This document shows, piece after piece, positions 1 to 9,258 of a DNA stretch of 64,000 nt; positions within the stretch are counted from its first letter, which is position 1; each line of letters starts with the position of its first letter. The translations under genes were made by a program, and so were the position numbers. This DNA comes from a virus, in IMG/VR virus record IMGVR_UViG_3300017735_002163, positions 19,377-83,376 of that record; one strand, 5' to 3'. A model generated the notes under the pieces. The model did not search any database. It was given only the letters and a program-made list of their open reading frames with translations, and was not told the DNA's origin.

Positions 1-46
1 AGGACCACATTCAAGTTTAAGCATATCTGTATTTATAATTTAATAG

Positions 47-121
47 TGGCGGTCCGACGGGGAATCGAACCCCGAACACCGCCGTGACAGGGCGGAATTA
101 TAACCGTTTAACTACCGGACC
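47..121 (-). tRNA. tRNA-Asp(GTC)
   Basis: Reverse complement is a cloverleaf: acceptor GGTCCGG/TCGGACC, anticodon arm CCGCC-CTGTCAC-GGCGG, T arm GGTTCGATTCC, encoded CCA. Confidence 0.95.
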
Positions 122-134
122 GGTTATGTACAAA

Positions 135-211
135 TGGTGGGTGATGACAGGTTCGAACTGCCGACCCTCTCGGTGTAAACGAGATGCTCTACCAAACTGA
201 GCTAATCACCC
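135..211 (-). tRNA. tRNA-Val(TAC)
   Basis: Cloverleaf GGGTGATTAGCTCAG..., anticodon arm TCTCG-TTTACAC-CGAGA, GTTCGAAC T loop, encoded CCA. Confidence 0.95.
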
Positions 212-336
212 ACATTGCTTTCTACTCTGGCTCTATTTAGTTTATGTAGGTCCAAGAGCTGTTGACCTGCCATTTGTTTTTGTTGTTTAAAGTCTGTACA
301 AAACGAGCGTCAATACGCAAAAATCAGACTATAGTA

Positions 337-411
337 TGGTACTCCGTAGGAGGATCGAACTCCTATTGCTGAGATGAAAACCCAGTGTCCTAACCATTAG
401 ACGAACGGAGC
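337..411 (-). tRNA. tRNA-Glu(TTC)
   Basis: Cloverleaf GCTCCGTTCGTCTAATGG..., anticodon arm CTGGG-TTTTCAT-CTCAG, GTTCGATC T loop, encoded CCA. Confidence 0.95.
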
Positions 412-421
412 AAAGATAAAT

Positions 422-516
422 TGGAGGGATGGATTACTGTCGTTACTCTGTCGTAAACGAATTGTGGACTGGTAATCACTTGTAATCCTGTCCCTTACCC
501 GAGTCTCTCGACCCCT
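422..516 (-). ncRNA. candidate small structured RNA ending in CCA, upstream of the tRNA genes
   Basis: 5' GGGTC-GAGA-GACTC (GNRA hairpin), then closing stem AGGGAcaGGATTAC / GTAATCCaTCCCT followed by CCA; no anticodon or T arm. Confidence 0.5.
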
Positions 517-517
517 A

Positions 518-655
518 TTAAACTCCACTGGTCATGTGTTCGTATGCTTCATTACATTCTGTAATTTGCTCGCCACATGCACAGGTTTGCTCTTCTTCAA
601 GAGTTGGCGCACCAACTAATGATCTTATTTGTTCTTCTGTATAATTTTGTTCCAT
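518..655 (-). CDS. small hypothetical protein, 45 aa (MEQNYTEEQIRSLVGAPTLEEEQTCACGEQITECNEAYEHMTSGV), possible Zn binder
   Basis: Translated by hand (below the ORF-track cutoff); CxC..C..H residues; ATG 6 nt after a TATAAT box. Confidence 0.65.
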   Translation of the reverse strand: MEQNYTEEQIRSLVGAPTLEEEQTCACGEQITECNEAYEHMTSGV

Positions 656-661
656 GCTACT

Positions 662-689
662 ATTATAGCAAATTAGAAAAGTTTGTCAA
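662..689 (-). promoter_or_regulatory. sigma70-type promoter for the small ORF and tRNA cluster
   Basis: TTGACA-16 nt-TATAAT with TGn extension. Confidence 0.75.
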
Positions 690-694
690 CCTGT

Positions 695-1156
695 TTATTG
701 AATTACAATATCTTCCATTCCAGCAGTTCTAAGTTTTGTGATGTGTCCTATTTGCCATTGCTTGACATCTAAGCCTTTCATAATACCTAAGTACCTGTTT
801 CTCAATAGACTGAATTGGTTACATAGATGCGTTAGGTCAATAACACTATCTTCACCGTCAACATACTTTTCAGCATCTCTGCTGGACAGTTGTCTATTGT
901 ATGTTTCCAAATACTTGCGGAATGTTTTAGAACGTTCTTTGCGAAGTTCTATGTTTAAGTGTTCGAGGATTGCTTCAATCTCTTGTAACTGATTAAAGCG
1001 ATGTTCTGTGATGCCGGGTAAGGCAGAACTGGATTTCTCCAGACTGCCTCTTATCCCAACTTCATACTTGGCTTCCTCAAGTTCGTTTTCAAAGTAATTT
1101 ACTGAATCAACGATCTCACCTAAATTACCAACTACTTTATTATACCAAGTACTCAT
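695..1156 (-). CDS. uvsY: UvsY-like recombination mediator
   Basis: 153 aa helical protein with KYVDGE and KQWQIGHITKLRTAG motifs; downstream of uvsX. Confidence 0.75.
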   Translation of the reverse strand: MSTWYNKVVGNLGEIVDSVNYFENELEEAKYEVGIRGSLEKSSSALPGITEHRFNQLQEIEAILEHLNIELRKERSKTFRKYLETYNRQLSSRDAEKYVDGEDSVIDLTHLCNQFSLLRNRYLGIMKGLDVKQWQIGHITKLRTAGMEDIVIQ

Positions 1157-1158
1157 TT

Positions 1159-1395
1159 TTAATACTCGTACTCGTCGTCTTCATCCTCGTCATCAATGCC
1201 TTCGTCAAAATAAGTGACAATGGCAGTTTTCATGACTTTGTCGAATTCGTTCATGTAAACATTAATATCCTGGATATCAATATTTTCTTCAAACAATCTC
1301 AACATGGATTCTGCTACGTGTAAACGATCTTTAGCATTGACATGGGTTTTTACAAGTTCCCATGTCTCACTAAGTAATGCTATCTCAGGACTCAT
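1159..1395 (-). CDS. hypothetical protein, 78 aa, acidic tail
   Basis: Fills the gap between uvsX and uvsY, same strand. Confidence 0.7.
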   Translation of the reverse strand: MSPEIALLSETWELVKTHVNAKDRLHVAESMLRLFEENIDIQDINVYMNEFDKVMKTAIVTYFDEGIDDEDEDDEYEY

Positions 1396-2500
1396 CCATC
1401 AACTCCTCTATGTTATCAAGTTCATCTGGGTCAACATCGCCAAGATCAAGATCTTCTTCAAACCCTGTTGCTTTTGGATTTTGACTCCATTCATCTATAA
1501 TTACCTGAAGTTTATCTCCAGACCAACCTTTTCTGAACTCTTTGATTTCTTCACCTGTTACTGGTGAAACATAAGAGAGTTTGTTACCAACTTTATCAAC
1601 GATGCCACGTGTTTCAAGCATTTCTAATAGGCCACTATAAGGATCCATGCCTGTTTCATATGGAATCTTGATTTGCACACCTTCAAACGGTTTGCTGTAA
1701 CGAGACTTAACTACCTTACATGCCGCTCTAATACCTTGCACTGTAGATACTTTGTTACCATCGAGATCTTCTTTTAATTTAAGTTTTCTCATAGCAACAA
1801 CAATACTACTTGCATATATAAAGCCTTGTCCTCCACTTATTTTATCATCTGGATCAAACATGTCCTGTGATGCATAAGTGTGGTTAGTAGCAATTAAGGC
1901 AATCGGAAAAGGTGCAATCTGGTTAACAGTGTTTCTAACCAAGGCTGTTAATGCCTTAGGCTTTCTACCCATGTCACCTTTCATGTCACCTTTTTCAAAT
2001 TGTGCTACGTCAGTAGGCGTTAATAACATACCCAAACTATCAATAACAAATGCTAACTTAGGCATTTCTTCATAGGGGAGATCGCTGTAGTTTGCTTTGT
2101 AGTCTTTAACAAATTCACTAATTGCTTTCGCAACATCGTCAATCATGCTAACACTGATCTTTAATAGTTTCTCTGGTGATGTATCAACGTCAAGTGCTTG
2201 TAGCCAATCTTCGTCGAGTGCGTTCTCTGAATCAAACAACACTACTTGACAGCCCATTTCTTGAGCGTTCTTTACAATGTTGCCTGAACATATAAACGAT
2301 TTACCAGAACCGGATTCACCTGCAAATACACTAACCTTTCCTAACGGAATTCCTTTGTTAAAGTCACTACTGATTAAGTAGTTTAGTGTGTAGTTGCCTG
2401 TGCTAATCCAATCCTGTGGATCGTGGAATCCTGCACTAATACCACTAATACTTTTAGTGATACCAGTACGGAACTTACTTAGGTCAAAAGGTTTTTGCAT
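1385..2500 (-). CDS. uvsX: UvsX/RecA-like recombinase
   Basis: Walker A GESGSGKS, DSENA, VIDSLG, TNHTY, SGG motifs. Confidence 0.95.
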   Translation of the reverse strand: MQKPFDLSKFRTGITKSISGISAGFHDPQDWISTGNYTLNYLISSDFNKGIPLGKVSVFAGESGSGKSFICSGNIVKNAQEMGCQVVLFDSENALDEDWLQALDVDTSPEKLLKISVSMIDDVAKAISEFVKDYKANYSDLPYEEMPKLAFVIDSLGMLLTPTDVAQFEKGDMKGDMGRKPKALTALVRNTVNQIAPFPIALIATNHTYASQDMFDPDDKISGGQGFIYASSIVVAMRKLKLKEDLDGNKVSTVQGIRAACKVVKSRYSKPFEGVQIKIPYETGMDPYSGLLEMLETRGIVDKVGNKLSYVSPVTGEEIKEFRKGWSGDKLQVIIDEWSQNPKATGFEEDLDLGDVDPDELDNIEELMDES

Positions 2501-2511
2501 GATGTATCTCC

Positions 2512-3528
2512 TTACCCGTTGCTTCTGTTACGAATCATCTGTAAGATGTCATCTGCTGATTGCTTTCCTTTATCTACTTCAGGTGCAGGAGCAGGTGCTA
2601 CTGGAGCCGCTGTTTCTACTGCTGGTGCAGGTGCTACTGGAGCCGCTTCTGCTACTGCTGGTGCAGGTGCAGGTGCCGCCGTTGGTGCTACTGGAGCCGC
2701 CGCTTGTGCTGGAGCACTTGTGGCTGGTGTCGCTGTGCTTGGAACTTCTACGCCATATGGCTTGTAAAAGTTACCCCAACGCTCTGGATCATACAACTCA
2801 CCATCTACTGATGCCGCAAACATTTCTGTAATTGCTTGGTATCCTTCTGCAGTTGGCTTTGCAGGCAAAAAGTCTGCTAAGTTGTGTAAACCATTTGTGT
2901 CTACTGCCGCAAGTTGTACTTCATCTAATGCACTCTCTTTACGAGCCCATTTTGATGTACTGTAGTCTGCGTATTGACCTTTGGTTGTTTTTGTGACTCT
3001 AAAGTCAGTACCTGCAACATAATCAGTTGGAATGTTTTCCATATCTGGATCCATAAGTGCTGATTTAATAATGTTGAAGATTTGTGGTGAAATCACAAAA
3101 CGTCTAATTGGGTTTTCTGGTGATTCCTCGTTGAGAGGATTCTCAGTTACAAATCCTTGGAAAATGTATGAACGTTTTTTCCAATACTTTCTGCCCATAT
3201 CTTCTAAAGATGCGTCTTTGAACCAAGGACGTACTTCAGTTAGTACTGGACACGAATCGCCGTACATTTCACCGCAAGGTACTTGTACTGTAACTGGTTT
3301 GTTTTCTCCACCTTTCACACCTGGGAAAGTCAAACGAATCATTTGACGTTCTACCCAAAAGAATGTGTTATCTGGATCTGAGTCTGGTAAGAATCTCAAT
3401 ACTGCTGAGGTACCTTCGTCAATATTCCAGTGTGGATAAATTGCGTTGTCGCTTTGTGAGTTATTTTTGGAACCGGGTTTGGTTTCCATTGATGAGAGCT
3501 TCGCTCTGATTTCTGCTAATGAGGCCAT
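2512..3528 (-). CDS. gp32: single-stranded DNA-binding protein (gp32-like) with Pro/Ala-rich linker
   Basis: LRFLP, C..CPV Zn motif, YWKKR, YADYSTSKW; next to uvsX. Confidence 0.85.
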   Translation of the reverse strand: MASLAEIRAKLSSMETKPGSKNNSQSDNAIYPHWNIDEGTSAVLRFLPDSDPDNTFFWVERQMIRLTFPGVKGGENKPVTVQVPCGEMYGDSCPVLTEVRPWFKDASLEDMGRKYWKKRSYIFQGFVTENPLNEESPENPIRRFVISPQIFNIIKSALMDPDMENIPTDYVAGTDFRVTKTTKGQYADYSTSKWARKESALDEVQLAAVDTNGLHNLADFLPAKPTAEGYQAITEMFAASVDGELYDPERWGNFYKPYGVEVPSTATPATSAPAQAAAPVAPTAAPAPAPAVAEAAPVAPAPAVETAAPVAPAPAPEVDKGKQSADDILQMIRNRSNG

Positions 3529-3586
3529 GATGTTTCTCCTGTAATTGCCATGTTTGCCATAGTCGTAATCATATGATTACTGGTTT

Positions 3587-3615
3587 ATTATAATTGCCAA
3601 GATAGAATTTGTCAA
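3587..3615 (-). promoter_or_regulatory. sigma70-type promoter for ssb-uvsX-uvsY
   Basis: Perfect TTGACA-17 nt-TATAAT. Confidence 0.85.
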
Positions 3616-3685
3616 CCGTTTTTTTACATTGTTTCAAAAAAAACTTTGTTTGTGGAGTTAACTCCTTCTAACAGTTTTATTTATC

Positions 3686-3710
3686 AAAAAACCCGCATAT
3701 AGCGGGTTTT
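3686..3710. terminator. intrinsic terminator, possibly bidirectional
   Basis: AAAAAACCCGC-ATATA-GCGGGTTTT after the 418-aa gene. Confidence 0.8.
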
Positions 3711-3738
3711 ATTTGGTTAGTTCTTTTAAAACAGTAAC

Positions 3739-4995
3739 TTACAGGATATCTAATGATTCCATGAATGCTTCAAACTTAGCACTGTGATCTTCTGCTACTG
3801 CTTTAATTTGTGGTTGATTAGCACTTAGTAAACAACTCTTAATAGTTGCATACTCATGTTGATTAAGTCCTGCTCCACCACCAATCTTTTTACTGATGCC
3901 GTTCAAGTAAGTACCTAACATTGGATTAGTAGATGATTGACTCATTTGTGATACTTGGTGACTAAGTTTTGCCGCTGGTGAAATAAATTCAACACCGTCA
4001 TCTTCTGACAACAAGTTCTTGAGGTTATCAAACTTTTCATTCTGTACTGCTAATGTAATACTTTCTTCAAACTGTGATCTTCTTGACATAGCACTTTTGA
4101 TACTTGACATAGCATTTGCTACTCTGTCATCAAAATGTGTTTCTGTGAATTTTGCTTCTAAGTCAATATCATCTTCAAGTACTTCTATTTGACTTCTACC
4201 AATAACGCTCTCAGATGTATTTGCATAAGTTTTAGCACCTGCAAGTTTCTGTAATGTGTCATTGATACTGTTAATATTTTCAACAGCAATATTTACATAC
4301 TCTTCGTTGGTTTCATTTACCAACCCGCCCTTCTTAACATAACGAACAAACTCTTTTAATGTTCTATGTTCAGCGGCCATTTCAGTAATGCTCTCACCTA
4401 CTGTGTCATGCATTTCTCCGCCTTTCTGTATATGGCGTGCCATTGCTCTTGCGGCTTTCAAATTGTTTTCAGCCATTTTAAATCTTTCGTCACCACGTTG
4501 TATAAAGATGCTGTGGATATTTCTGCTTCTTGCTCCACGTACTTCTTCGTTAACTGCTTTCTTGTGTCTCACAACGATTTTGACATTATCAAGTCCTTGG
4601 TAACTGGTTTTAGTACTGCCAGTCATTGCACCAAATCCTTCTAATACATCTGCCATGTCTTTCTCCTGCTTTTGTGCGATATCAATCATCTCTGATTTAG
4701 GTTCTAATCTTCTATCAAACACTTTAAAGTCAAAGTTTTGTAAATTGTCAGTTGCTAAATCTTTTAACATAGTACGTAATTGCTCTGATTCTTCTGCTGT
4801 ACTTGTAGCAAACTGAATTGTTTGATTAGGCTTGTCATAACGCACAATCATGTTAGGATCCGCTACTACAAATCGTGTTGCGTCCTGTGGATCAATTGTA
4901 ATCTTGCCTTCGGCACTAAAACTTTTAACCTCAAGACCGAAGCCTTTCATAAGGTTAAAGATTTTTTCTCCTACTGCATCTGCGTTAACTGCCAT
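3739..4995 (-). CDS. hypothetical protein, 418 aa, probably virion-associated
   Basis: Long ORF with AGGAG RBS and an upstream GATAAATA late box; follows terminase. Confidence 0.7.
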   Translation of the reverse strand: MAVNADAVGEKIFNLMKGFGLEVKSFSAEGKITIDPQDATRFVVADPNMIVRYDKPNQTIQFATSTAEESEQLRTMLKDLATDNLQNFDFKVFDRRLEPKSEMIDIAQKQEKDMADVLEGFGAMTGSTKTSYQGLDNVKIVVRHKKAVNEEVRGARSRNIHSIFIQRGDERFKMAENNLKAARAMARHIQKGGEMHDTVGESITEMAAEHRTLKEFVRYVKKGGLVNETNEEYVNIAVENINSINDTLQKLAGAKTYANTSESVIGRSQIEVLEDDIDLEAKFTETHFDDRVANAMSSIKSAMSRRSQFEESITLAVQNEKFDNLKNLLSEDDGVEFISPAAKLSHQVSQMSQSSTNPMLGTYLNGISKKIGGGAGLNQHEYATIKSCLLSANQPQIKAVAEDHSAKFEAFMESLDIL

Positions 4996-5029
4996 TGCTG
5001 TTATCTCCTTTAGTACAACTATTTATCAC

Positions 5030-6622
5030 TTATAGAAGATCTATTGGCATTGGTCCGTCCCATTCATCTTCATCGCTGTACTCTGATAGCACATCATTGG
5101 TGAGATTAGAGTTTACTCGTTCATACACTTCATCTTCAAATGTTGCTATATAATCAATCATACGTACTGCTAATACAAGACTCATTACAAGGTCATCGTG
5201 TTCGCCTACTTTAGCGGCAAAACTGTTACCTTTTGCAACAAAGTTTTTTAACTCTGACATTAGAGGTTTACTTTGAAGTGTAATTTTATCATGTTCAACT
5301 AAACGTTTTAGTGATAAACATGATTCTACTTTAGACTTGTGACTGGTATAAAAACCACGTCTGCCTTTCTTTCCTGATACTTTCTTTGGTTCGTGTAGCA
5401 TTTCACCTGGGAAGTTTTCCTCACCTGTGTCTCTGATAACAACCAGTGCCGCTTCACCAACTGCATTGCTTTCAACACTCCAGTATATTTGTGCTACTTG
5501 TAATTCTTTTAGGTACTGTAGTATATCCATCATAGTACGCATTTGGCCTTCTACAGGTGTTTTATTATGTTGCCATTCTGCTACCTGTGTTAATGTTGGT
5601 AACTCTACAACTTGTATTCCAGCGGCATCGCCGCCTGTGCCTGTGCTTGGATCTAAACTAACTACATAAGTGCAATTAGGATGTGGATGTTTATACCAAC
5701 GTACTTGACCCATTTGTCTTATAGGATCTTGTCCACGCAAATTAACAAGTTTTAACGGAGCAATCAGTGTTTCATCATATATAACAAACTCACATTGGTG
5801 TTCTCGTCTAAAACGTTCTTCACCAATACTTGCCCTTTCTTGTGCCGCCCATGCTTCATCTCTGTCTGGGTGTTGATCCCACACAGCCAAATATGGTTTA
5901 AAACCATTTACACCAAGGTGCGAATCATTACCATATTCATCAAATGTGTTGTTTGCACCAGCCCAAATCATTGCAAACTGATCGTCATCATTGTTTGGTG
6001 TGCTTGTTACAATTGCTTTACCACCTGTTGCAAGTGTAGGAGATAATGAAGTCCAAAACTCTTTAGCAATGGTATTACGCACAAACGCAAACTCATCACA
6101 GTAAACAAGTGTTAAGGACATACCACGTCCAGTTGTTTCAGTGGTTGTACTACTTAAAATACGACTACCATTATCAAAAGTTATACTGCCTTTGTTGTAC
6201 TCGCTTACTCCTGCTCTGATGTGATCTGGTACATTCTCATACGCATATCTGATACGTTGCATAATTTCACTTGCACCTGCCGCCTTGTGAGCCGCAACAA
6301 GTATTGTACTGTCTGGTTGAAACATTGCATACCACAACAAGTAACCTGCGGCTACAGTGGTTTTACCCATCTGTCTGCCCAGCATGTTAATACTATAACG
6401 ATAGTCGTTGTAATTTTTTATTAGTTCTAACTGGTAATCAAATGGTATAAACTTTATACCACCTCTGGTAGGATGCTGTATTTTCATAAACTCTGTCATG
6501 AAAAATAATGCACCAGATGACAAATCGCAACACTTCTGGAATTCTCTTAATTCATCAGGAGTGTAGTCAACTTTAGAATGTGCTGGTTTAACCAGACTGG
6601 AATCTGCTGTACCTCTTGCCAT
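5030..6622 (-). CDS. gp17: terminase large subunit
   Basis: GRQMGKTT Walker A, VYCDEFAF Walker B, STPN coupling motif, SLDPS and HDDLVM nuclease motifs; no intein. Confidence 0.96.
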   Translation of the reverse strand: MARGTADSSLVKPAHSKVDYTPDELREFQKCCDLSSGALFFMTEFMKIQHPTRGGIKFIPFDYQLELIKNYNDYRYSINMLGRQMGKTTVAAGYLLWYAMFQPDSTILVAAHKAAGASEIMQRIRYAYENVPDHIRAGVSEYNKGSITFDNGSRILSSTTTETTGRGMSLTLVYCDEFAFVRNTIAKEFWTSLSPTLATGGKAIVTSTPNNDDDQFAMIWAGANNTFDEYGNDSHLGVNGFKPYLAVWDQHPDRDEAWAAQERASIGEERFRREHQCEFVIYDETLIAPLKLVNLRGQDPIRQMGQVRWYKHPHPNCTYVVSLDPSTGTGGDAAGIQVVELPTLTQVAEWQHNKTPVEGQMRTMMDILQYLKELQVAQIYWSVESNAVGEAALVVIRDTGEENFPGEMLHEPKKVSGKKGRRGFYTSHKSKVESCLSLKRLVEHDKITLQSKPLMSELKNFVAKGNSFAAKVGEHDDLVMSLVLAVRMIDYIATFEDEVYERVNSNLTNDVLSEYSDEDEWDGPMPIDLL

Positions 6623-6628
6623 ATTAGT

Positions 6629-6636
6629 TATTTATA
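6629..6636 (-). promoter_or_regulatory. T4-type late promoter (representative of many NATAAATA boxes in the window)
   Basis: TATAAATA 6 nt upstream of the terL ATG; gp55 is encoded in the window. Confidence 0.8.
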
Positions 6637-6647
6637 GGATTTGAGAC

Positions 6648-7118
6648 TTAGGAAAGAATGTTTTGGAGTTTAGCTCTTAGTGATTTAACAAGTTCTTCTT
6701 TGTCTGTGCTGTAAGAAACATCTTCATATTCCTTTGTACCACCAAAATAGCCGTCATCTTCTTCGCACTCTTCGTCACTGCATTCAGGGTCATCACAACG
6801 TGGACAATCTTCTTCTGCAACTTCGCTGTCTGCAACAACTTCAGGCTCTTCTTCCTTTTCAGGTTGAATTGGGTCTTGATCTGCATTCATACCACTTGGT
6901 AATGTTAATCCTGCAAGTTTTAATACTTTTGCAAGTTCTTGCATATCGTCTGCACTTGCTTCTATGCTTACTGAACCTTTATCAGTGTTCTTGTGCTGTT
7001 TGAATTCTACTGAACCTGTTACTTCTGGTTCTGCTGATACTTGTGGCATGCCAAAACTGTTGAAAGAAACTCCTTCCATAATGTTTAATAATTTTTTGTT
7101 AAGATCTCTTTCGTTCAT
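6648..7118 (-). CDS. hypothetical acidic protein, 156 aa
   Basis: ORF with Glu-rich segment and CPRCDDPECSDEEC. Confidence 0.7.
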   Translation of the reverse strand: MNERDLNKKLLNIMEGVSFNSFGMPQVSAEPEVTGSVEFKQHKNTDKGSVSIEASADDMQELAKVLKLAGLTLPSGMNADQDPIQPEKEEEPEVVADSEVAEEDCPRCDDPECSDEECEEDDGYFGGTKEYEDVSYSTDKEELVKSLRAKLQNILS

Positions 7119-7119
7119 C

Positions 7120-7809
7120 TTAGTTCCTTTTACTGCTCTGAGATATTACATCAACATGCTTTGACTGTTCTGCACCTTGTCCCATATTAGGAGTGTTCAT
7201 TATAGTATCAAACATAGGTCTTAAATTATCGCCCATGATTTCATCTTTTGAAGGGTAACAACGGAAATAGTCTGCACCTTTCTCACTTTTAATTTTCTGT
7301 AACTCGTCTAAGAATTTTTTGTTAAAGTCTTCACCGAAGCCGTAATCTTTGAGATCGTCTTGCTGTGCTTCGTAATGCTCCATGCTCTCATCATTGAGTA
7401 AAGCATCTTCTTCTGATACTTGTCTATCCTCGTCTGCTTCAAGTCTTTCTGATTGCATATCTGCTTCAAGTCTACGTGGTTCGTTAACACCGTAGCATAA
7501 TACACGTTCATGATCTAAGCCTAAGTTAATTGCTAACCATACTTCTAATATACGTGGATTGACAGGATACTTAAGAACTATGTCTGTTGCACAAACTTCT
7601 GTTACAAGTTTAATACCTTTAGCACGGACAAATTCCATTGGGTTTTCTTCGATTGGAGATCTTTTAAAAGGGGCCGCACTAACAAGATTATACTTTGACA
7701 AACACTGTTCAAGTGTAGTCATGTGCTCACTGCCACAGTCTGCCGCAAGTTTTACCCTGTAAGCATATTCTTTGTTAAAACTTTCTGATATAAATTCTTT
7801 AAATTGCAT
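7120..7809 (-). CDS. hypothetical protein, 229 aa (possible internal head protein)
   Basis: N-terminus MQFKEFISES resembles T4-like capsid-targeting/prohead-protease leaders; AGGAG RBS. Confidence 0.65.
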   Translation of the reverse strand: MQFKEFISESFNKEYAYRVKLAADCGSEHMTTLEQCLSKYNLVSAAPFKRSPIEENPMEFVRAKGIKLVTEVCATDIVLKYPVNPRILEVWLAINLGLDHERVLCYGVNEPRRLEADMQSERLEADEDRQVSEEDALLNDESMEHYEAQQDDLKDYGFGEDFNKKFLDELQKIKSEKGADYFRCYPSKDEIMGDNLRPMFDTIMNTPNMGQGAEQSKHVDVISQSSKRN

Positions 7810-7830
7810 TGCAAAAATCTCCTGTTACAA

Positions 7831-8331
7831 CTATTTATCTTTTTTATCAGATTTTCCTTCGCCTAAGATTTTTAATAGTTCGTTACGGTCAAAAACATTA
7901 GCCTGCGTAGGTATACCACCGGGTTCTTCACCTTTTGCCGCGGCTCTTTGATCTAAATTTGCCTTCTTAAGCATGAGATCAACTTGTTTTAACTTACGTG
8001 TTACCTTACTATCTTTGGCTTCAAGTGCAATTTTAAGCATGTTAGCGGCATTATTGAACACAGGGCCTGCGGCCATATCCGTCATATTCATGCCTAAACT
8101 CATTAATTGTTCATAACTTTCGATGGCTTGCTTTGCAATAGTGTCCATTTCGCTATCGTGTGCTTCCATACCTCTAACTTGCTGTAATGCACCATTAATC
8201 TTTTCTGATATGCTTAATGCTTCTTCCACAGATTGTATTGGTAACGAATCCTCAGTAGTTGCAGGAATATTATCGTTATCCATTTCATCCATGTGGGGTA
8301 GGTTAAATTCTTCTTCGAGTTTACGTGTCAT
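7831..8331 (-). CDS. hypothetical protein, possible terminase small subunit
   Basis: 166 aa helical protein with late box, near terL; function inferred from size and context only. Confidence 0.45.
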   Translation of the reverse strand: MTRKLEEEFNLPHMDEMDNDNIPATTEDSLPIQSVEEALSISEKINGALQQVRGMEAHDSEMDTIAKQAIESYEQLMSLGMNMTDMAAGPVFNNAANMLKIALEAKDSKVTRKLKQVDLMLKKANLDQRAAAKGEEPGGIPTQANVFDRNELLKILGEGKSDKKDK

Positions 8332-8392
8332 AATACTATTTATGCATACTTAACTGCTGGTAAATGAATATATGATCTTAAAAGATCCTAAT

Positions 8393-9247
8393 TTATTTTT
8401 GCCAATGTGGGAATAGTTTTAAGAAATAAAGAGCTAATGCTTGATGCTCGTTTTCATAAAAATGAGAATATTGCTGACCCCTTGCTTCATCCCAATCATT
8501 AATTTTCATATTGTTATCAGATAAGCATTGTAACGTATCAAAATAATCAAATGTACCAAATTGTGAAAGCGATGATACATAATCTGATGAAAAATTATTT
8601 ACAAGACATAATTTTATGTTGTTAGTATTACAATAAGCAATAAGGCTAATAAGATAATTTATCCGGTCACTGAAAAAATTGTGATCCATGCTGGAATGCA
8701 AGGCTTGTTTGACACGTTGGTACTTGTCGTTAGATAAACCATACGTGTGTGGTTCTTTAAATATGTGGCTGATCCAATCACTGCCAATATGCACTAAATG
8801 TCTATTGTCCATATCCTGGTTATCTGTCTCCGATACAACATCAACAAGAATATCTAATTCTTTATGGTAGTGTTCTAAATAATTTGTTGGAACTTTTGGA
8901 CCTTCTGTTGTGTATGCATGACTGTTTAATCTATTATACAATGTAGCAACATCATGGTCAGATTTATCAACACCCCACATCAACACTCTATTCCATTCAG
9001 TAACGTGGAACATGCAATGTGTAATATCTTTATGTTGTTGTAACTTTGCTAATGTGGCAAACACTGTGGTTTTTAAATCGTACCCTGGCATGCCAATACA
9101 ATAACTATTTGCATTATGTTTATCTGCAATTAATCTGCTCCAATGAACAAAATCTGGGTCGGGTTTGTTGTAATCGTCCGGTTGTTGAAGAGAATAAAAT
9201 TCAGTACCAACTTGTGCAAAACTGTCGCCTGCTATAAGGAATGTCAT
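8393..9247 (-). CDS. SGNH/GDSL hydrolase-like protein
   Basis: N-terminal IAGDSFA block I motif; C-terminal H-x4-H (HFYENEH). Confidence 0.6.
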   Translation of the reverse strand: MTFLIAGDSFAQVGTEFYSLQQPDDYNKPDPDFVHWSRLIADKHNANSYCIGMPGYDLKTTVFATLAKLQQHKDITHCMFHVTEWNRVLMWGVDKSDHDVATLYNRLNSHAYTTEGPKVPTNYLEHYHKELDILVDVVSETDNQDMDNRHLVHIGSDWISHIFKEPHTYGLSNDKYQRVKQALHSSMDHNFFSDRINYLISLIAYCNTNNIKLCLVNNFSSDYVSSLSQFGTFDYFDTLQCLSDNNMKINDWDEARGQQYSHFYENEHQALALYFLKLFPHWQK

Positions 9248-9258
9248 AGCAGTATTTA

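Noticed and set aside
2560-2811. Cys/Trp-rich repeated ORF (CYWSR...)
   Set aside because: Antisense reading of the Pro/Ala linker repeats in the SSB gene.
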